DNA of 64,000 nucleotides from Promethearchaeia archaeon (GTDB lineage Archaea > Asgardarchaeota > Lokiarchaeia > Sigyniarchaeales > SOKP01): positions 82,271 through 146,270 of the forward strand of contig JAHQWK010000019.1 in the NCBI GenBank assembly GCA_029856145.1. The letters are read 5' to 3'. Positions 10,156-20,399 of this stretch are shown piece by piece; within the stretch, counting starts at the first letter, position 1; each line of letters starts with the position of its first letter. Position numbers and translations under genes: made by a program. The notes under the pieces are model-generated. The model was not told the origin of the DNA. It saw only the letters and a list, made by a program, of their open reading frames with translations, and did not search any database.

Positions 10156-12336
10156 TTATTTCTTACTACTACTCTTTTTTCTTAATGGTTTGTCTTCTTC
10201 TAATAATTCACTTGCAGTTTTAAAAAGAGTCTCTTTATTGGAAAGAATTTTATCTACATTAATTTTAGATTTGAATTGAACTGAAGACTTCCTATAGACA
10301 TCAGGGTTCAATTCAGAAACAAATTGAGAGACTCTTACTATTTGAGGCCCTCGATATGTATTTTTAATCGAAGGAGATATAAGATATAGCTGGTCTTTTG
10401 CTCTTGTTATTGCGACATAAAATACTCTACGTTCTTCCTCGAAAGCATCCAGGTCACCTACGCTTCTGCTGGAAGGGAATGAATCTTCACATAACATAGG
10501 GATAAATACCACACGCCATTCAAGTCCTTTTGCTCTATGTACAGTAGACAAAATTAATGGTTTCTCTTCCTCTGTTTCGTTACCAGCATGAACCGTTCTG
10601 GATTCTAAATTAGATAGATTTAGACTCAAATTTTCTAAGAATTTCCGAATAGTAGGAAAATTCTGCGCATAAACACTTAGTTGCTTTAAATCATCCATAC
10701 GTTCTTGCCAATTATCAAATTTTGATTTTAAATGATCTTCAAGAACGGTTATTAAATTTTGGATAACTTCTGATGGATTATCCTCAGGTGTAAAATCAAT
10801 TAATTTTTTTACATAAGAGATTAAGTTTTTTATTCCCTCCTTAGATATACGAGATCCTTTTAATTTTTCAGCATAAAACATCTTATTAATTAAAGCATCA
10901 ATTGGATGTTCTATTATAGAAATCGCTTCAAAAATTTTTGAACCAGATGATGTTCCAATGCCTTGGATGATTGAAAAAATTCTAGACCATGAAACTTCGT
11001 CATAGGGATTCTCGATTATTCTTAAATGAGCTAAAATATCCTTAATATGTGCTCTTTCAAAAAAAGCAACACCTGCTCGAACTTCATATGGTATGTTTTT
11101 TGCTCTTAATTCAAGTTCTATTCTTAGTGAATGAGAACCTGCTCTAATTAATATTGCTATTTCATCTAAATCAAATCCATCTGAACGTAATTTTAGAATT
11201 TGGTTCGTGATAAATCTTGCTTGATCCATATCATCTCCTAAATTTACTTGGAATGGGATAGTTCCTTTAGGGCGTGTGGTGTGCATAGATTTTTTAAATT
11301 GTTTTTCATTATGCTCTATGGAGTTATTTGCTAGTTTTAAAATCTCAGGTACACTTCTATAATTATAAGTTATTGTATATCTCTTACAATTTTTATATCT
11401 CTTTTCAAAATTGATAATGTTTTGAAAATTAGCACCTCTAAATGCATAAATACTTTGAGCATCGTCACCCACAGCTATAACATTCTGTTCTGGATTCTGT
11501 TTAACTATTTTATATATAATCTCATCTTGGATGTAATTGGTATCTTGGTATTCGTCAACAAGGACATATTTTATATTCTTCGCAATTAGTTGAGCAACTG
11601 CTCTTTCATCCAATAACTGATTCCAATAAATCAATAAATCATCAAAATCTACTAAATTATCTTGAGCTTTCTTCTCTCGATAAATCTTGAAAACTTCTTC
11701 TAATTTTTTAATGACATCCTTACTATCAAATTGAGAATATTTCCAAAGGATAACATCTCGAATTGATTTATTGCAATTAATGGAAAATGACAATATAGCT
11801 TTTGCCATCCTAGAATTTGGAAATCTTTCTTGGATTTCTTTAATATTTCCTTTCTCAATTGAAAGTTTCATCAAACTTCTTGCGTCAGTTTCATCCATTA
11901 TGGTATAATTTGCTTTTAAACCTAGTATTTTTGCATATCTTCGAATAAAACGATTTGCTATAGAGTGAAATGTACCCCCCCAGATCCCTTTTGGTCGTTT
12001 TCCTAAAAGGATTTCTACACGTTTAATCATTTCATTAGCTGCCTTATTCGTGAATGTTACAAGCATGATTTCATTTGGCTTTACTCCTGATAATAATAAT
12101 TTCGCAACTGAATAAGTAATTGTCCTTGTTTTACCACTTCCTGCACCAGCGATAACTAAAATTGGTCCTTTAATATTATTAATGATTTTCAATTGTTCCT
12201 CGTTTAAATCTTCTTCAAACGATATTTCATTATAATCCTCTATAACAACTGGTAATTCTTCTAAAGATTCAGCATAGGCCTCATCGTAAAACTCAAATAT
12301 ATACTCCTCTTCGGAATTGTCTTTCTTCTGATTCAA
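10156..12336 (-). CDS. UvrD/PcrA/Rep-family SF1 DNA helicase
   Basis: Motifs AGAGSGKTRT, VDEYQDTN, GDDAQSIYAFRGA, NYRS, TVHRAKGLEW, VAITRAK. Confidence 0.85.
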   Translation of the reverse strand: MNQKKDNSEEEYIFEFYDEAYAESLEELPVVIEDYNEISFEEDLNEEQLKIINNIKGPILVIAGAGSGKTRTITYSVAKLLLSGVKPNEIMLVTFTNKAANEMIKRVEILLGKRPKGIWGGTFHSIANRFIRRYAKILGLKANYTIMDETDARSLMKLSIEKGNIKEIQERFPNSRMAKAILSFSINCNKSIRDVILWKYSQFDSKDVIKKLEEVFKIYREKKAQDNLVDFDDLLIYWNQLLDERAVAQLIAKNIKYVLVDEYQDTNYIQDEIIYKIVKQNPEQNVIAVGDDAQSIYAFRGANFQNIINFEKRYKNCKRYTITYNYRSVPEILKLANNSIEHNEKQFKKSMHTTRPKGTIPFQVNLGDDMDQARFITNQILKLRSDGFDLDEIAILIRAGSHSLRIELELRAKNIPYEVRAGVAFFERAHIKDILAHLRIIENPYDEVSWSRIFSIIQGIGTSSGSKIFEAISIIEHPIDALINKMFYAEKLKGSRISKEGIKNLISYVKKLIDFTPEDNPSEVIQNLITVLEDHLKSKFDNWQERMDDLKQLSVYAQNFPTIRKFLENLSLNLSNLESRTVHAGNETEEEKPLILSTVHRAKGLEWRVVFIPMLCEDSFPSSRSVGDLDAFEEERRVFYVAITRAKDQLYLISPSIKNTYRGPQIVRVSQFVSELNPDVYRKSSVQFKSKINVDKILSNKETLFKTASELLEEDKPLRKKSSSKK

Positions 12337-12697
12337 TTTTACATACTACTCTTATTTTAATCTTTCAGGAAAATTTCCTTTTTTCTACTAAATAAATTTT
12401 TTACTGTTGAAGGAAATAAATTTCTTTCGATCTTTTATAATAATAAATTAAATAATTATATTTTAATTAAAAAGATTAAATTAAAAACCAGAAAAGTGGT
12501 ATTTTTTAATTTTCTTTTAATTATTTTGCACAAATATTAAATAATATTTATTTATTTCACGATAGTATAAGACCCATTTGCTTAAAACTTCAAAGACTTG
12601 AATGCTGGATGATTGAACATTTATTAAAAATACAATTTTCAATTAAATTGATGTAGTAAAAAAAAAATAAAGTAAATTAAAAAAAAATTTGATTTTA

Positions 12698-14158
12698 TTA
12701 TATAGATATACCTAATTCTTTTGACACCCTTTCGCCCCAAGTTGAGTCCGCTTTAAAAAAGTGTTTAGCCATTCGTTCTTGAATGAACTTAGGTACAGTT
12801 TTTAGACTATTAACTAGATTCTGAATTAGGCGATCTTGCTCATCTGGAGGCATTAATCTATAGAGATTACCTGGTTGAATGAAATCAGCATCAACTCTTG
12901 GTTGATTATATCTATCGGCATCTCCAGAAATTTTTAGAGGTGGTTCTTTAAAAGCGGGGTTTTCTTTGGGTCCACCAAAACTGTTTGGTTCATAAACCAC
13001 AGAGTTTCCAAAATTACCATCAAACCGCATAAAACCATCACGATGATATGTGTTTACTTTTGCAGCTTTTGGTTGATTAACAGGCAGTGATTGATAATTA
13101 ACTCCGAGCCGATATCGATGCGCATCAGCATAAGAGAAGAGTCTACCTTGGAGCATTTTGTCGGGTGAATAAGAAACACCTGGAACGCGATTTGATGGAT
13201 CAAAAGCCGCTTGTTCAACTTCTGCAAAATAATTTGATGGATTCCGATTTAGTTCCATTATCCCCACTTTAATTAATGGATAGTCTCCATGAGGCCAAAC
13301 TTTAGTTAAATCAAACGGATTCCACTCATAAGTTTCAGCTTCAAGCTCTGGCATTATTTGTACGAATAACTCCCATTTTGGAAAATCTCCCCTCTCAATT
13401 CTCTCGTATAGATCACGAGTTGCCCAATCTGGATCGGTACCAGCAAGTTTATCCGCTTCTTCTTGCATGAAGTTTTTAATGCCTTGCATAGTTTTAAAAT
13501 GAAATTTTACCCAGAAACGTTCATTATTTGCATTAATAAAACTATAAGTGTGACTTCCATAACCATTCATGTGTGGATGACCTCTAGGTATACCTCGATC
13601 GGAAAAAAGTATGGTTACTTGATGCAACGATTCAGGAACTAAAGACCAGAAATCCCACCACATGGTTTGTGATTTGAGGTTTGTTTGAGGCATGCGCTTT
13701 TGAGTGTGAATGAAATCACTGAATTTTAATGGATCTCTTACAAAAAATACTGGAGTATTATTGCCAACTAAATCCCAATTACCCTCTTCTGTATAAAATT
13801 TTATTGCGAACCCTCTGACATCTCTTACTGTATCTGCGGAGCCTCTTTCACCTGCCACTGTTGAAAATCGAATAATAAGCTCGGTCTTTTTTCCTACTTC
13901 AGAAAAAATTTTGGCTTTGGTATATTTTGTTATATTATTTGTTACAGTGAAAGTACCATATGCTCCTGCTCCTTTAGCATGTACTACACGCTCAGGTATT
14001 CTTTCTCTAGCAAAGGTTGCCAATTTCTCTAGCAAATGTACGTCCTGCATGAGAACTGGTCCTTTTTCACCAGCAGTTATTGAATTTTGATTATCTGCTA
14101 CTGGTGCACCTCCAGCTGTTGTTAGTAATTTCTCTTCTTTTTTTTCTTTTTTTTCCAT
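12698..14158 (-). CDS. katA: monofunctional heme catalase (small-subunit type)
   Basis: [18 protein letters not shown] (distal His), [27 protein letters not shown], proximal Tyr region [14 protein letters not shown]. 486 aa. Confidence 0.9.
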   Translation of the reverse strand: MEKKEKKEEKLLTTAGGAPVADNQNSITAGEKGPVLMQDVHLLEKLATFARERIPERVVHAKGAGAYGTFTVTNNITKYTKAKIFSEVGKKTELIIRFSTVAGERGSADTVRDVRGFAIKFYTEEGNWDLVGNNTPVFFVRDPLKFSDFIHTQKRMPQTNLKSQTMWWDFWSLVPESLHQVTILFSDRGIPRGHPHMNGYGSHTYSFINANNERFWVKFHFKTMQGIKNFMQEEADKLAGTDPDWATRDLYERIERGDFPKWELFVQIMPELEAETYEWNPFDLTKVWPHGDYPLIKVGIMELNRNPSNYFAEVEQAAFDPSNRVPGVSYSPDKMLQGRLFSYADAHRYRLGVNYQSLPVNQPKAAKVNTYHRDGFMRFDGNFGNSVVYEPNSFGGPKENPAFKEPPLKISGDADRYNQPRVDADFIQPGNLYRLMPPDEQDRLIQNLVNSLKTVPKFIQERMAKHFFKADSTWGERVSKELGISI

Positions 14159-14248
14159 TTAAGTTCTCTCTTTCAATTATTAATTACAAATGTGTTAAAT
14201 AATGATGTTAAATTCACATTTAAGAATTCTTTTTATATCTTATATAAT

Positions 14249-14263
14249 TAAGAATCATTCTTA
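14249..14263. promoter_or_regulatory. candidate Fur/PerR-type operator (perfect 7-1-7 palindrome TAAGAATCATTCTTA)
   Basis: Perfect inverted repeat read directly from the sequence. It lies in the divergent catalase / Fur-family intergenic region, 91 nt from the catalase ATG and 105 nt from the regulator ATG. Same 7-1-7 architecture and AAT-N-ATT core as Fur/PerR boxes. A second palindrome AAGAATTCTT lies at 14222-14231. Confidence 0.55.
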
Positions 14264-14367
14264 TATAAGAACAAATATTAGACAGTAACAGTTATTAAAA
14301 TACCTTATGTTTTTATTTTAAAAGTACTTTAAATTTTTTTAAATATTTATAGAACCAGTGATTTTGA

Positions 14368-14796
14368 ATGAATACTAAAGAATTAATCACAATTTTTCGA
14401 GAAAAAGGGTATAAACTAACCTCTCAACGTTTAACAATATGTAAATTTATACTTTCACGTAAAGATCATCCTACAGCTAATCAAATATATCAAGCACTAA
14501 AGGAAGAATATCCCACATTAAGTTTGGGAACGATTTATAAAACTTTACATCTTCTAAAAGAATTAGGTTTATTACAAGAACTAGGTTTCAATGAAGGAAG
14601 TATCAGATATGATCCAGATATGGAACTCCATGTGAATATGGTTTGTTCCAAATGTGGAAAAATTTATGATTACAAGACTGAAAATGTAAAGAATTTATGG
14701 GATGCAATTCTATCTGAGTTGAATATTAAACCTGAGGGTCAACTTATTGATATTTACTATGAATGTGATGATTGTAAAAATATTAATTCTAATTAA
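14368..14796 (+). CDS. Fur-family metalloregulator, PerR-like by context
   Basis: Winged-helix N-terminus (LTSQRLTICKFIL...HPTANQIYQAL), structural Zn site CSKCGK...CDDC. Divergent from the catalase gene. Confidence 0.8.
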   Translation: MNTKELITIFREKGYKLTSQRLTICKFILSRKDHPTANQIYQALKEEYPTLSLGTIYKTLHLLKELGLLQELGFNEGSIRYDPDMELHVNMVCSKCGKIYDYKTENVKNLWDAILSELNIKPEGQLIDIYYECDDCKNINSN

Positions 14797-14998
14797 ATTC
14801 TTAAGCCTAAATGGAATATAAACAATACGATATTTTCAGAACATTTTATTTATTAGGTTGTATAATATAAAACGATTCAAAAACTGACAAAACAGAGAAA
14901 CAAATTAAAAGAAAATTAAAAAAATATAATTAAATTTTTAGAAACTATGATTCTTATGATATAAATATCTAATGATTACTCGAGAATATAAAACTAAC

Positions 14999-15292
14999 TT
15001 ATACAAGACCAACTAATATTTTAAAGGCAGCAGTTTCTTCACCATCATCTACGGATGTAATCGTAAAAGATATATCATGTTTATCCCTTATATTAGGTGC
15101 TGCTTGTACCGAAATAAATTTCATTCTAGGATTTGTATTTGCTCCTTGCCAAATCCAGACCTTACTATCGCGGCGATCTACAAAAAGCAGAATTTTATTT
15201 AAATCTAATAATTCAAACAAAGGAACATTTTCCTTAACTTCTACTTCTTCAAAATCTTCTAATTCTTTGCTAAATTGATATACAACTATCAA
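14999..15292 (-). CDS. single-domain gelsolin-like protein
   Basis: 97 aa. ILLFVDRRDSKVWIWQGANTNPRMKFISVQAAPNIRDKH...TSVDDGEETAAF follows the gelsolin-repeat pattern: strand-D, W.G, long helix, G.E...F. Confidence 0.55.
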   Translation of the reverse strand: MIVVYQFSKELEDFEEVEVKENVPLFELLDLNKILLFVDRRDSKVWIWQGANTNPRMKFISVQAAPNIRDKHDISFTITSVDDGEETAAFKILVGLV

Positions 15293-15437
15293 ATTATACT
15301 CGCTTGAATTTCTTCCTTATATTATAATATTTCATCTTATTGACTTATAAACTTTTAACATTTCAATCAAATTTGTCTTAAAACCGTAAATTAATTTGAG
15401 AATTGTAACCTATGAAGATGTAAAAGGATTAGTAATC

Positions 15438-15818
15438 TTAATAATCGTTTTGGAATCTTCTTCTTCTTAATGTTGAAATAAGGTGTCCTCTTGAGAGTAA
15501 TTGAAGTCCAAATTGTGAGCTATACTCTCGGGAAAAATCAGTAATAACATTACAAACCATAATTCCGCCTTCAATATTTGTGTCAATACATGCTTTATGT
15601 AATTGCCTCAATTGAGTAATTGAGATTTCTCTTTTCCAATCTCGAACAAAAACTCCAAATGTATTAAGTTTATTTTTTACAACAGCATCAAAAGTCCAAG
15701 ACTTACCCGATTTACCTTTAAATTTTACTGGACCTTCAGCAAAATCATATTTTTCAGAAAAAACATTTTTGGCTAATTCAATTAAATTTTTATCTCCTAA
15801 TGACATGAATACACACAA
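15438..15818 (-). CDS. restriction-endonuclease-fold (Mrr-like PD-(D/E)xK) protein
   Basis: WTFDAVV...FGVFVRDWKREISITQLRQL fits a D...(D/E)xK core. The likely start is the internal MSLGDKN at 15806. Confidence 0.4.
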   Translation of the reverse strand: MCVFMSLGDKNLIELAKNVFSEKYDFAEGPVKFKGKSGKSWTFDAVVKNKLNTFGVFVRDWKREISITQLRQLHKACIDTNIEGGIMVCNVITDFSREYSSQFGLQLLSRGHLISTLRRRRFQNDY

Positions 15819-15970
15819 TTTATGTAATATATATATATTATTTCTATATGGATCTGAATATTATTTAAGCTGATATATTACCAACGTAATATGGCTCTAT
15901 CTTTTTTAGAGAAATTAGTGATAAATTTGACGACAAAAAAGACATCAAAGTCACTTTAAATTAAAAGATT

Positions 15971-16774
15971 TTACTTTTTACTAAATTCAGTTAATTTAAG
16001 AAATGAATATTCTCCATCAGTATCAGGACCATTTTTTTGTATGTACTTAAACATATTTTGTTGTAAAAAGTCTAACAAACCTTCAAGTACTTTATCACAA
16101 ATGGACTTACATTCCAAATAGTTTGAATCACAATTGTTCTTAAATTGTCTACAAAATTTTTTCATCTGTAATGATAATCCTTGAGCAGATAAAGTTGTTA
16201 AACTATCCCAAGTATCTTTAAATCCAGCTAAATGACTGGGAGGAGTTTGTTTTAATAAATCTATTAAATTATTCTTAGAAGAACTATTATTTAATCGATT
16301 TTTGAACACTTTAGCTTCTTTTTTAGCTTCAAGTTGACATAGAAAAACGTAATATTTAAGTAATTTTTCTGCTTCCTTTGTTTTTTCAGAATCAACAATC
16401 CTCCAACCATTAGCTCTTTTACAGCTTATGTCTTTATCTGATGAGCTAGAAAAGTTCGTAGGATAAATCCAGCATTGTGGAGGTTTAATTCCTGAGTTGT
16501 GGACTGAGCACCCTTTTATCTTATCATCGAATAAAAAACATTTTCCTTTTTTTTCGTCAAATCTTAATTTAAAACTGAATACATCACTTCTAATAAAATC
16601 TCTTCTATCAGCATAGCCTCGTTTAATATATTCCTCAGCTAATACTTTTGGAACATTAATCTTGATCGAACAACAATCACCATTACATATATTTAAGCAA
16701 TTTGGGCCCTCAATTGCTGATTTCATAAGGAAGTTAAATCTTCTGACAACTTTCCAAAATATGTCGTTAACCAC
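15971..16774 (-). CDS. Cys-rich protein with YkgJ/UPF0153-type CxxCxxxCC metal-binding motif
   Basis: CLNICNGDCCSI near the N-terminus, with further Cys pairs downstream. Confidence 0.45.
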   Translation of the reverse strand: MVNDIFWKVVRRFNFLMKSAIEGPNCLNICNGDCCSIKINVPKVLAEEYIKRGYADRRDFIRSDVFSFKLRFDEKKGKCFLFDDKIKGCSVHNSGIKPPQCWIYPTNFSSSSDKDISCKRANGWRIVDSEKTKEAEKLLKYYVFLCQLEAKKEAKVFKNRLNNSSSKNNLIDLLKQTPPSHLAGFKDTWDSLTTLSAQGLSLQMKKFCRQFKNNCDSNYLECKSICDKVLEGLLDFLQQNMFKYIQKNGPDTDGEYSFLKLTEFSKK

Positions 16775-16958
16775 AGTATTTTTTCTTAATTTAATTATGA
16801 CTTTAAATTAATAAGAGTGATTAAAATTTAAAAATGATATTTAAAATATCTTTTCATCTACTAAAGTATAAAAAGATCAACTTTATTTTTTTATTATTAC
16901 AAATTTTGTATAAAATTATTTCTAAATCTTAATAATACAAATATGAGAAGAGTATCGA

Positions 16959-19070
16959 ATGTCGCAAAATCTTATAGTTATAGATATTACCGATGAGGAA
17001 CACATAATTCTTGATGGTTCGCAGAATCTAAAGGAAATTAAGGGAAATGGAACGCTTACTGTAAAAAATCCAACCCAAAGAAGTAGATTATGGAATTTAT
17101 TATGTGATGTTAAAGAATATGTTAATACATCTATCGATTCAAAAGAATTAACAGTAGGAACATTGAATCCCACCCAGGAATTTGTTAGAGAATATGAAAT
17201 AAGAGAGCTAAAAGACTCCTCTTTAAAAGTTGAGGAAATCTTTGATACAGATAAATCCGATTCTGGTAAGGTAAATAATATATTTCTATATAATACAGAT
17301 AACAAATGCAGTTTAAAACTCATACTTACAAATCCTTTGAATTTACCTATCCTAGATATTAAAGTTAAAAGGAACATGCCAGCGTTTATTCAAGAAATCG
17401 AAATGAGGAATCCAAGTCACGGCGATGCAAATTTGAAAGAAGAAGAAGGTAATCGAGTCCTCTCTTGGGAGTTAACATCTTTAGATCCAGAAAGTAAAGC
17501 CGAGCTTGAAATATTCTTTACAGTAAATATAAAAGAATTGGCTACTCAAGAGCTTGGAGTGTTAAATGTTAGTTATTTAATTAATAACTACAAATTAACA
17601 ATGATGACCCCTGTTGTAAGAGGGTTAACAGATTCTATGAGTGGAATTGATAGAGATGAGGGTTCTCAACCTGGTATGTGGGATTGTAATGTTGAATTTA
17701 TTAATGAATCTGAATTCCAAGTAAAACTCGAAGATGCAAAGGTAACTCAAAAGATTGCTACAGGTAGTGAAGTTGTTGTATCTCAAACACCGGATAGAGT
17801 TTTGAATCCTGATGAGTCTTGGGATTATGATTTTCAGGTAGAAGCAAAAGATGTCCCTGAACTAAGCTCGGAAATTGGCTCTACACCAATGTTTGTAGTG
17901 ATTCCAAGAGTTGTTGGTGAAATTATAAAAGAATCCACTATATACAATGTTTTATGTGCAACTATTGATAAAGAGATAAATCCGCCTGAAGTAGACGCAT
18001 ACGCTAATACTAATATGACAATTCAAAATGTGATAATAAATAATGGTTCTTCAACAATTGAGAAATTTTTCTTATCAGATGAGATTCCTACCGATTTTAT
18101 TCCCCCCTTAGTTAAGGAAATTAAGATCCTATTAGGAGATATAGATATAAGCTCAAGAGAAGAATTTGTTCAAAAAATACTAATTGATCCAAGTGATCAA
18201 GATTTTTCTAAAAAACATCAAATTTATGTTGAATTATTTAATCTTTCAAATGAATTTCTACCAGAGAAAAAGATGGTAATTTCATATCCTCTTTTAGCAA
18301 GAAATCCACGACCACCTACTGAAACAAACTATATGACCCCAGTAAAAATTGATATTAATAGTCCAGTGGAAGGTAAATCTTTCATTAAAATGCCAGATGA
18401 AGAGCCAGAACTAAAAGTTAGATACGTAAAACGTAAATTAAAGACACTTAAAAGCATTAAACCTGGATTATCCGAAGGAGAGTTCAGTATTGGAGTACGA
18501 GTTCAAAACAAAGGAGATGTTGAATTAGAAAATGTACTAGTTAAAGATATTATCCCTACTGGATTTAGTTTAACTGAATTTACACCTCCTGTTGGTGCCA
18601 CTCATGAAGTCGTGCAAGTAGGTGATCTATCAGAATTACATGTAAAGGTTACTGAGATAAGTGGGGGTGCTTCTGTAAGTATTAACTATAATTGCTCTGG
18701 ATCGGGTGATTATCCTAGGTCAGAACCTGTTATAATTGTTTTAGGGAGAGGTGGAGGAGAATCATCGAGTTCATCATCAGCTCCTCCAGCAGGCACAGAA
18801 ACCCCAAAAGCTCATGTAGCAGATTCTCAAGCGGGAAAAATACATGATCTATTCATTGAGTTTTATAAAGCTGTTGATCGCGCACCAACTGCTCAATCTT
18901 TTGGAGATATACTTGAAAGAAGAAGGGATGAATTACCCCCTGGACCAGTTCTTCATCAAATTCTAGCCTATTCTAAGGAATTAAAAACTCTTGGCGATAA
19001 AATTATTGTTGGTTCATTATATGATGAAGTAATGAATAAGTTAAAGGAATTTAAAAGCAAATATGCCTAA
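16959..19070 (+). CDS. large cytoplasmic hypothetical protein with repeated beta-sandwich (DUF11/CARDB-like) modules and a C-terminal helical domain
   Basis: 703 aa with no signal peptide or TM. Repeated motif-like segments: NRVLSWELTSLDPESKAELEIFFTV, TIQNVIINNGSSTIEKFFLSDEIPTDFIP, FSIGVRVQNKGDVELENVLVKDIIPTGFSL. A Ser-rich linker GGGESSSSSSAPPAG is followed by a helical tail. Confidence 0.6.
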   Translation: MSQNLIVIDITDEEHIILDGSQNLKEIKGNGTLTVKNPTQRSRLWNLLCDVKEYVNTSIDSKELTVGTLNPTQEFVREYEIRELKDSSLKVEEIFDTDKSDSGKVNNIFLYNTDNKCSLKLILTNPLNLPILDIKVKRNMPAFIQEIEMRNPSHGDANLKEEEGNRVLSWELTSLDPESKAELEIFFTVNIKELATQELGVLNVSYLINNYKLTMMTPVVRGLTDSMSGIDRDEGSQPGMWDCNVEFINESEFQVKLEDAKVTQKIATGSEVVVSQTPDRVLNPDESWDYDFQVEAKDVPELSSEIGSTPMFVVIPRVVGEIIKESTIYNVLCATIDKEINPPEVDAYANTNMTIQNVIINNGSSTIEKFFLSDEIPTDFIPPLVKEIKILLGDIDISSREEFVQKILIDPSDQDFSKKHQIYVELFNLSNEFLPEKKMVISYPLLARNPRPPTETNYMTPVKIDINSPVEGKSFIKMPDEEPELKVRYVKRKLKTLKSIKPGLSEGEFSIGVRVQNKGDVELENVLVKDIIPTGFSLTEFTPPVGATHEVVQVGDLSELHVKVTEISGGASVSINYNCSGSGDYPRSEPVIIVLGRGGGESSSSSSAPPAGTETPKAHVADSQAGKIHDLFIEFYKAVDRAPTAQSFGDILERRRDELPPGPVLHQILAYSKELKTLGDKIIVGSLYDEVMNKLKEFKSKYA

Positions 19071-19169
19071 TTTTTTTTAATTTCAATTTAAAGATTTTTT
19101 TATTTTTTTCTCTTTTTTTAGTACTCCTAATAATAAAAATATAAAAAAATATCAAAAATAGGTTGAGAG

Positions 19170-19523
19170 TTATAAATACATATTTAGCTTATCGATATCC
19201 TCCTGAATTCGTGATATACGCTTCTTTTTTCCACCTTCTTCATCAAATCCTTGTATATCTTCTTCTAAATTCAACTGTTCTTCTTCATATGCTTTTTCAA
19301 CTTCCATTCCGTACCTCATGGCAAATGCTACTAATTCCGGAATTAGAGAAACCATAGCTCTAAAACTAAAAATCCCTGCTAATACTGACAGTCTATTTAT
19401 CATTTCACCAAAAGGTTCTAAATTCATTTTGGGGTTTCTCATGATATCCATTATCCTTTTAAATAACACTTCGTAGAATAATTCCTGTTCTTCTTTACTT
19501 AAATTTTCTTCTTCCTCTTCCAT
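19170..19523 (-). CDS. hypothetical acidic protein
   Basis: 117-aa ORF with acidic termini and a central hydrophobic segment. The opposite-strand 64-aa ORF looks spurious. Confidence 0.45.
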   Translation of the reverse strand: MEEEEENLSKEEQELFYEVLFKRIMDIMRNPKMNLEPFGEMINRLSVLAGIFSFRAMVSLIPELVAFAMRYGMEVEKAYEEEQLNLEEDIQGFDEEGGKKKRISRIQEDIDKLNMYL

Positions 19524-19684
19524 TATAATTACCTTGAGTTTTATATAATATTATTAAATTAAGAAATAAATTTAATTGATTTTAATCAGCATTATCCTAT
19601 ATAAAAATTATCTTAATTTTTTTTGAATTATAAAATAGAATCGATATTCATTAAAAGTAGTTTAACCTTGTATTAATTAACATT

Positions 19685-20323
19685 ATGCTTTTAATAACGA
19701 TTATTCTACTAGTAATTTTCTTATTTAATCTTGTAGTTTATTGGGTAATCTTTCTTAAAGTAAAGAAAAAAGAAAAAAAAATAGTTAAATTATTTTATAA
19801 AATTTTTCCTCTGATTTGGACATTATCTTTAGTACCAGTACCTATTATCAATTCAAGCTTTTTAAAATTGTATTTCCCTAATAATTATAGTTATTTTGAT
19901 CAATATTGGCTTTTATTTGCTTTATTTGGTATTGCACTAATTATTATTGGTATAATTTTTGCTAGAAGAGCAAATAAAGTATATAAGGTTAAATCAATGG
20001 ATAAAAATAGCTCTAACTTAATTACTAAAGGAATTTTTAAATTAATAAGACATCCTGTATATTCAGCATGGGGAATTATCTTTTTAGGAATTGCTATCAT
20101 CTCAGATTCACTTATTTCTTTGATAATTAGTTCTTTAATTTTTATTATTTTAGAAATAAACGCTATAATAGAAGAAAAACTAATCCTAATCCCAAAATAT
20201 GGTAAAACCTATGAAAACTACAAAACAAAAACACCAAATCGGATAATACCAACACCTCTAAATCTTTTTTTAATAATTATCACAATTATAATTGTGTATG
20301 TAGGCTTTCTAAATTTTAATTAG
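19685..20323 (+). CDS. isoprenylcysteine carboxyl methyltransferase (ICMT/PEMT) family membrane methyltransferase
   Basis: Multi-TM protein. LITKGIFKLIRHPVYSAWGIIFLG plus C-terminal EEKLILIPKYGKTYENYKTKTPNRIIP match the ICMT-family signature. Confidence 0.7.
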   Translation: MLLITIILLVIFLFNLVVYWVIFLKVKKKEKKIVKLFYKIFPLIWTLSLVPVPIINSSFLKLYFPNNYSYFDQYWLLFALFGIALIIIGIIFARRANKVYKVKSMDKNSSNLITKGIFKLIRHPVYSAWGIIFLGIAIISDSLISLIISSLIFIILEINAIIEEKLILIPKYGKTYENYKTKTPNRIIPTPLNLFLIIITIIIVYVGFLNFN

Positions 20324-20399
20324 AACTCATGATTAGTATAATAAATATTCTATAACATATAATATGAAAAAGGAAATACCCTATAGTATATTAGGTTAT

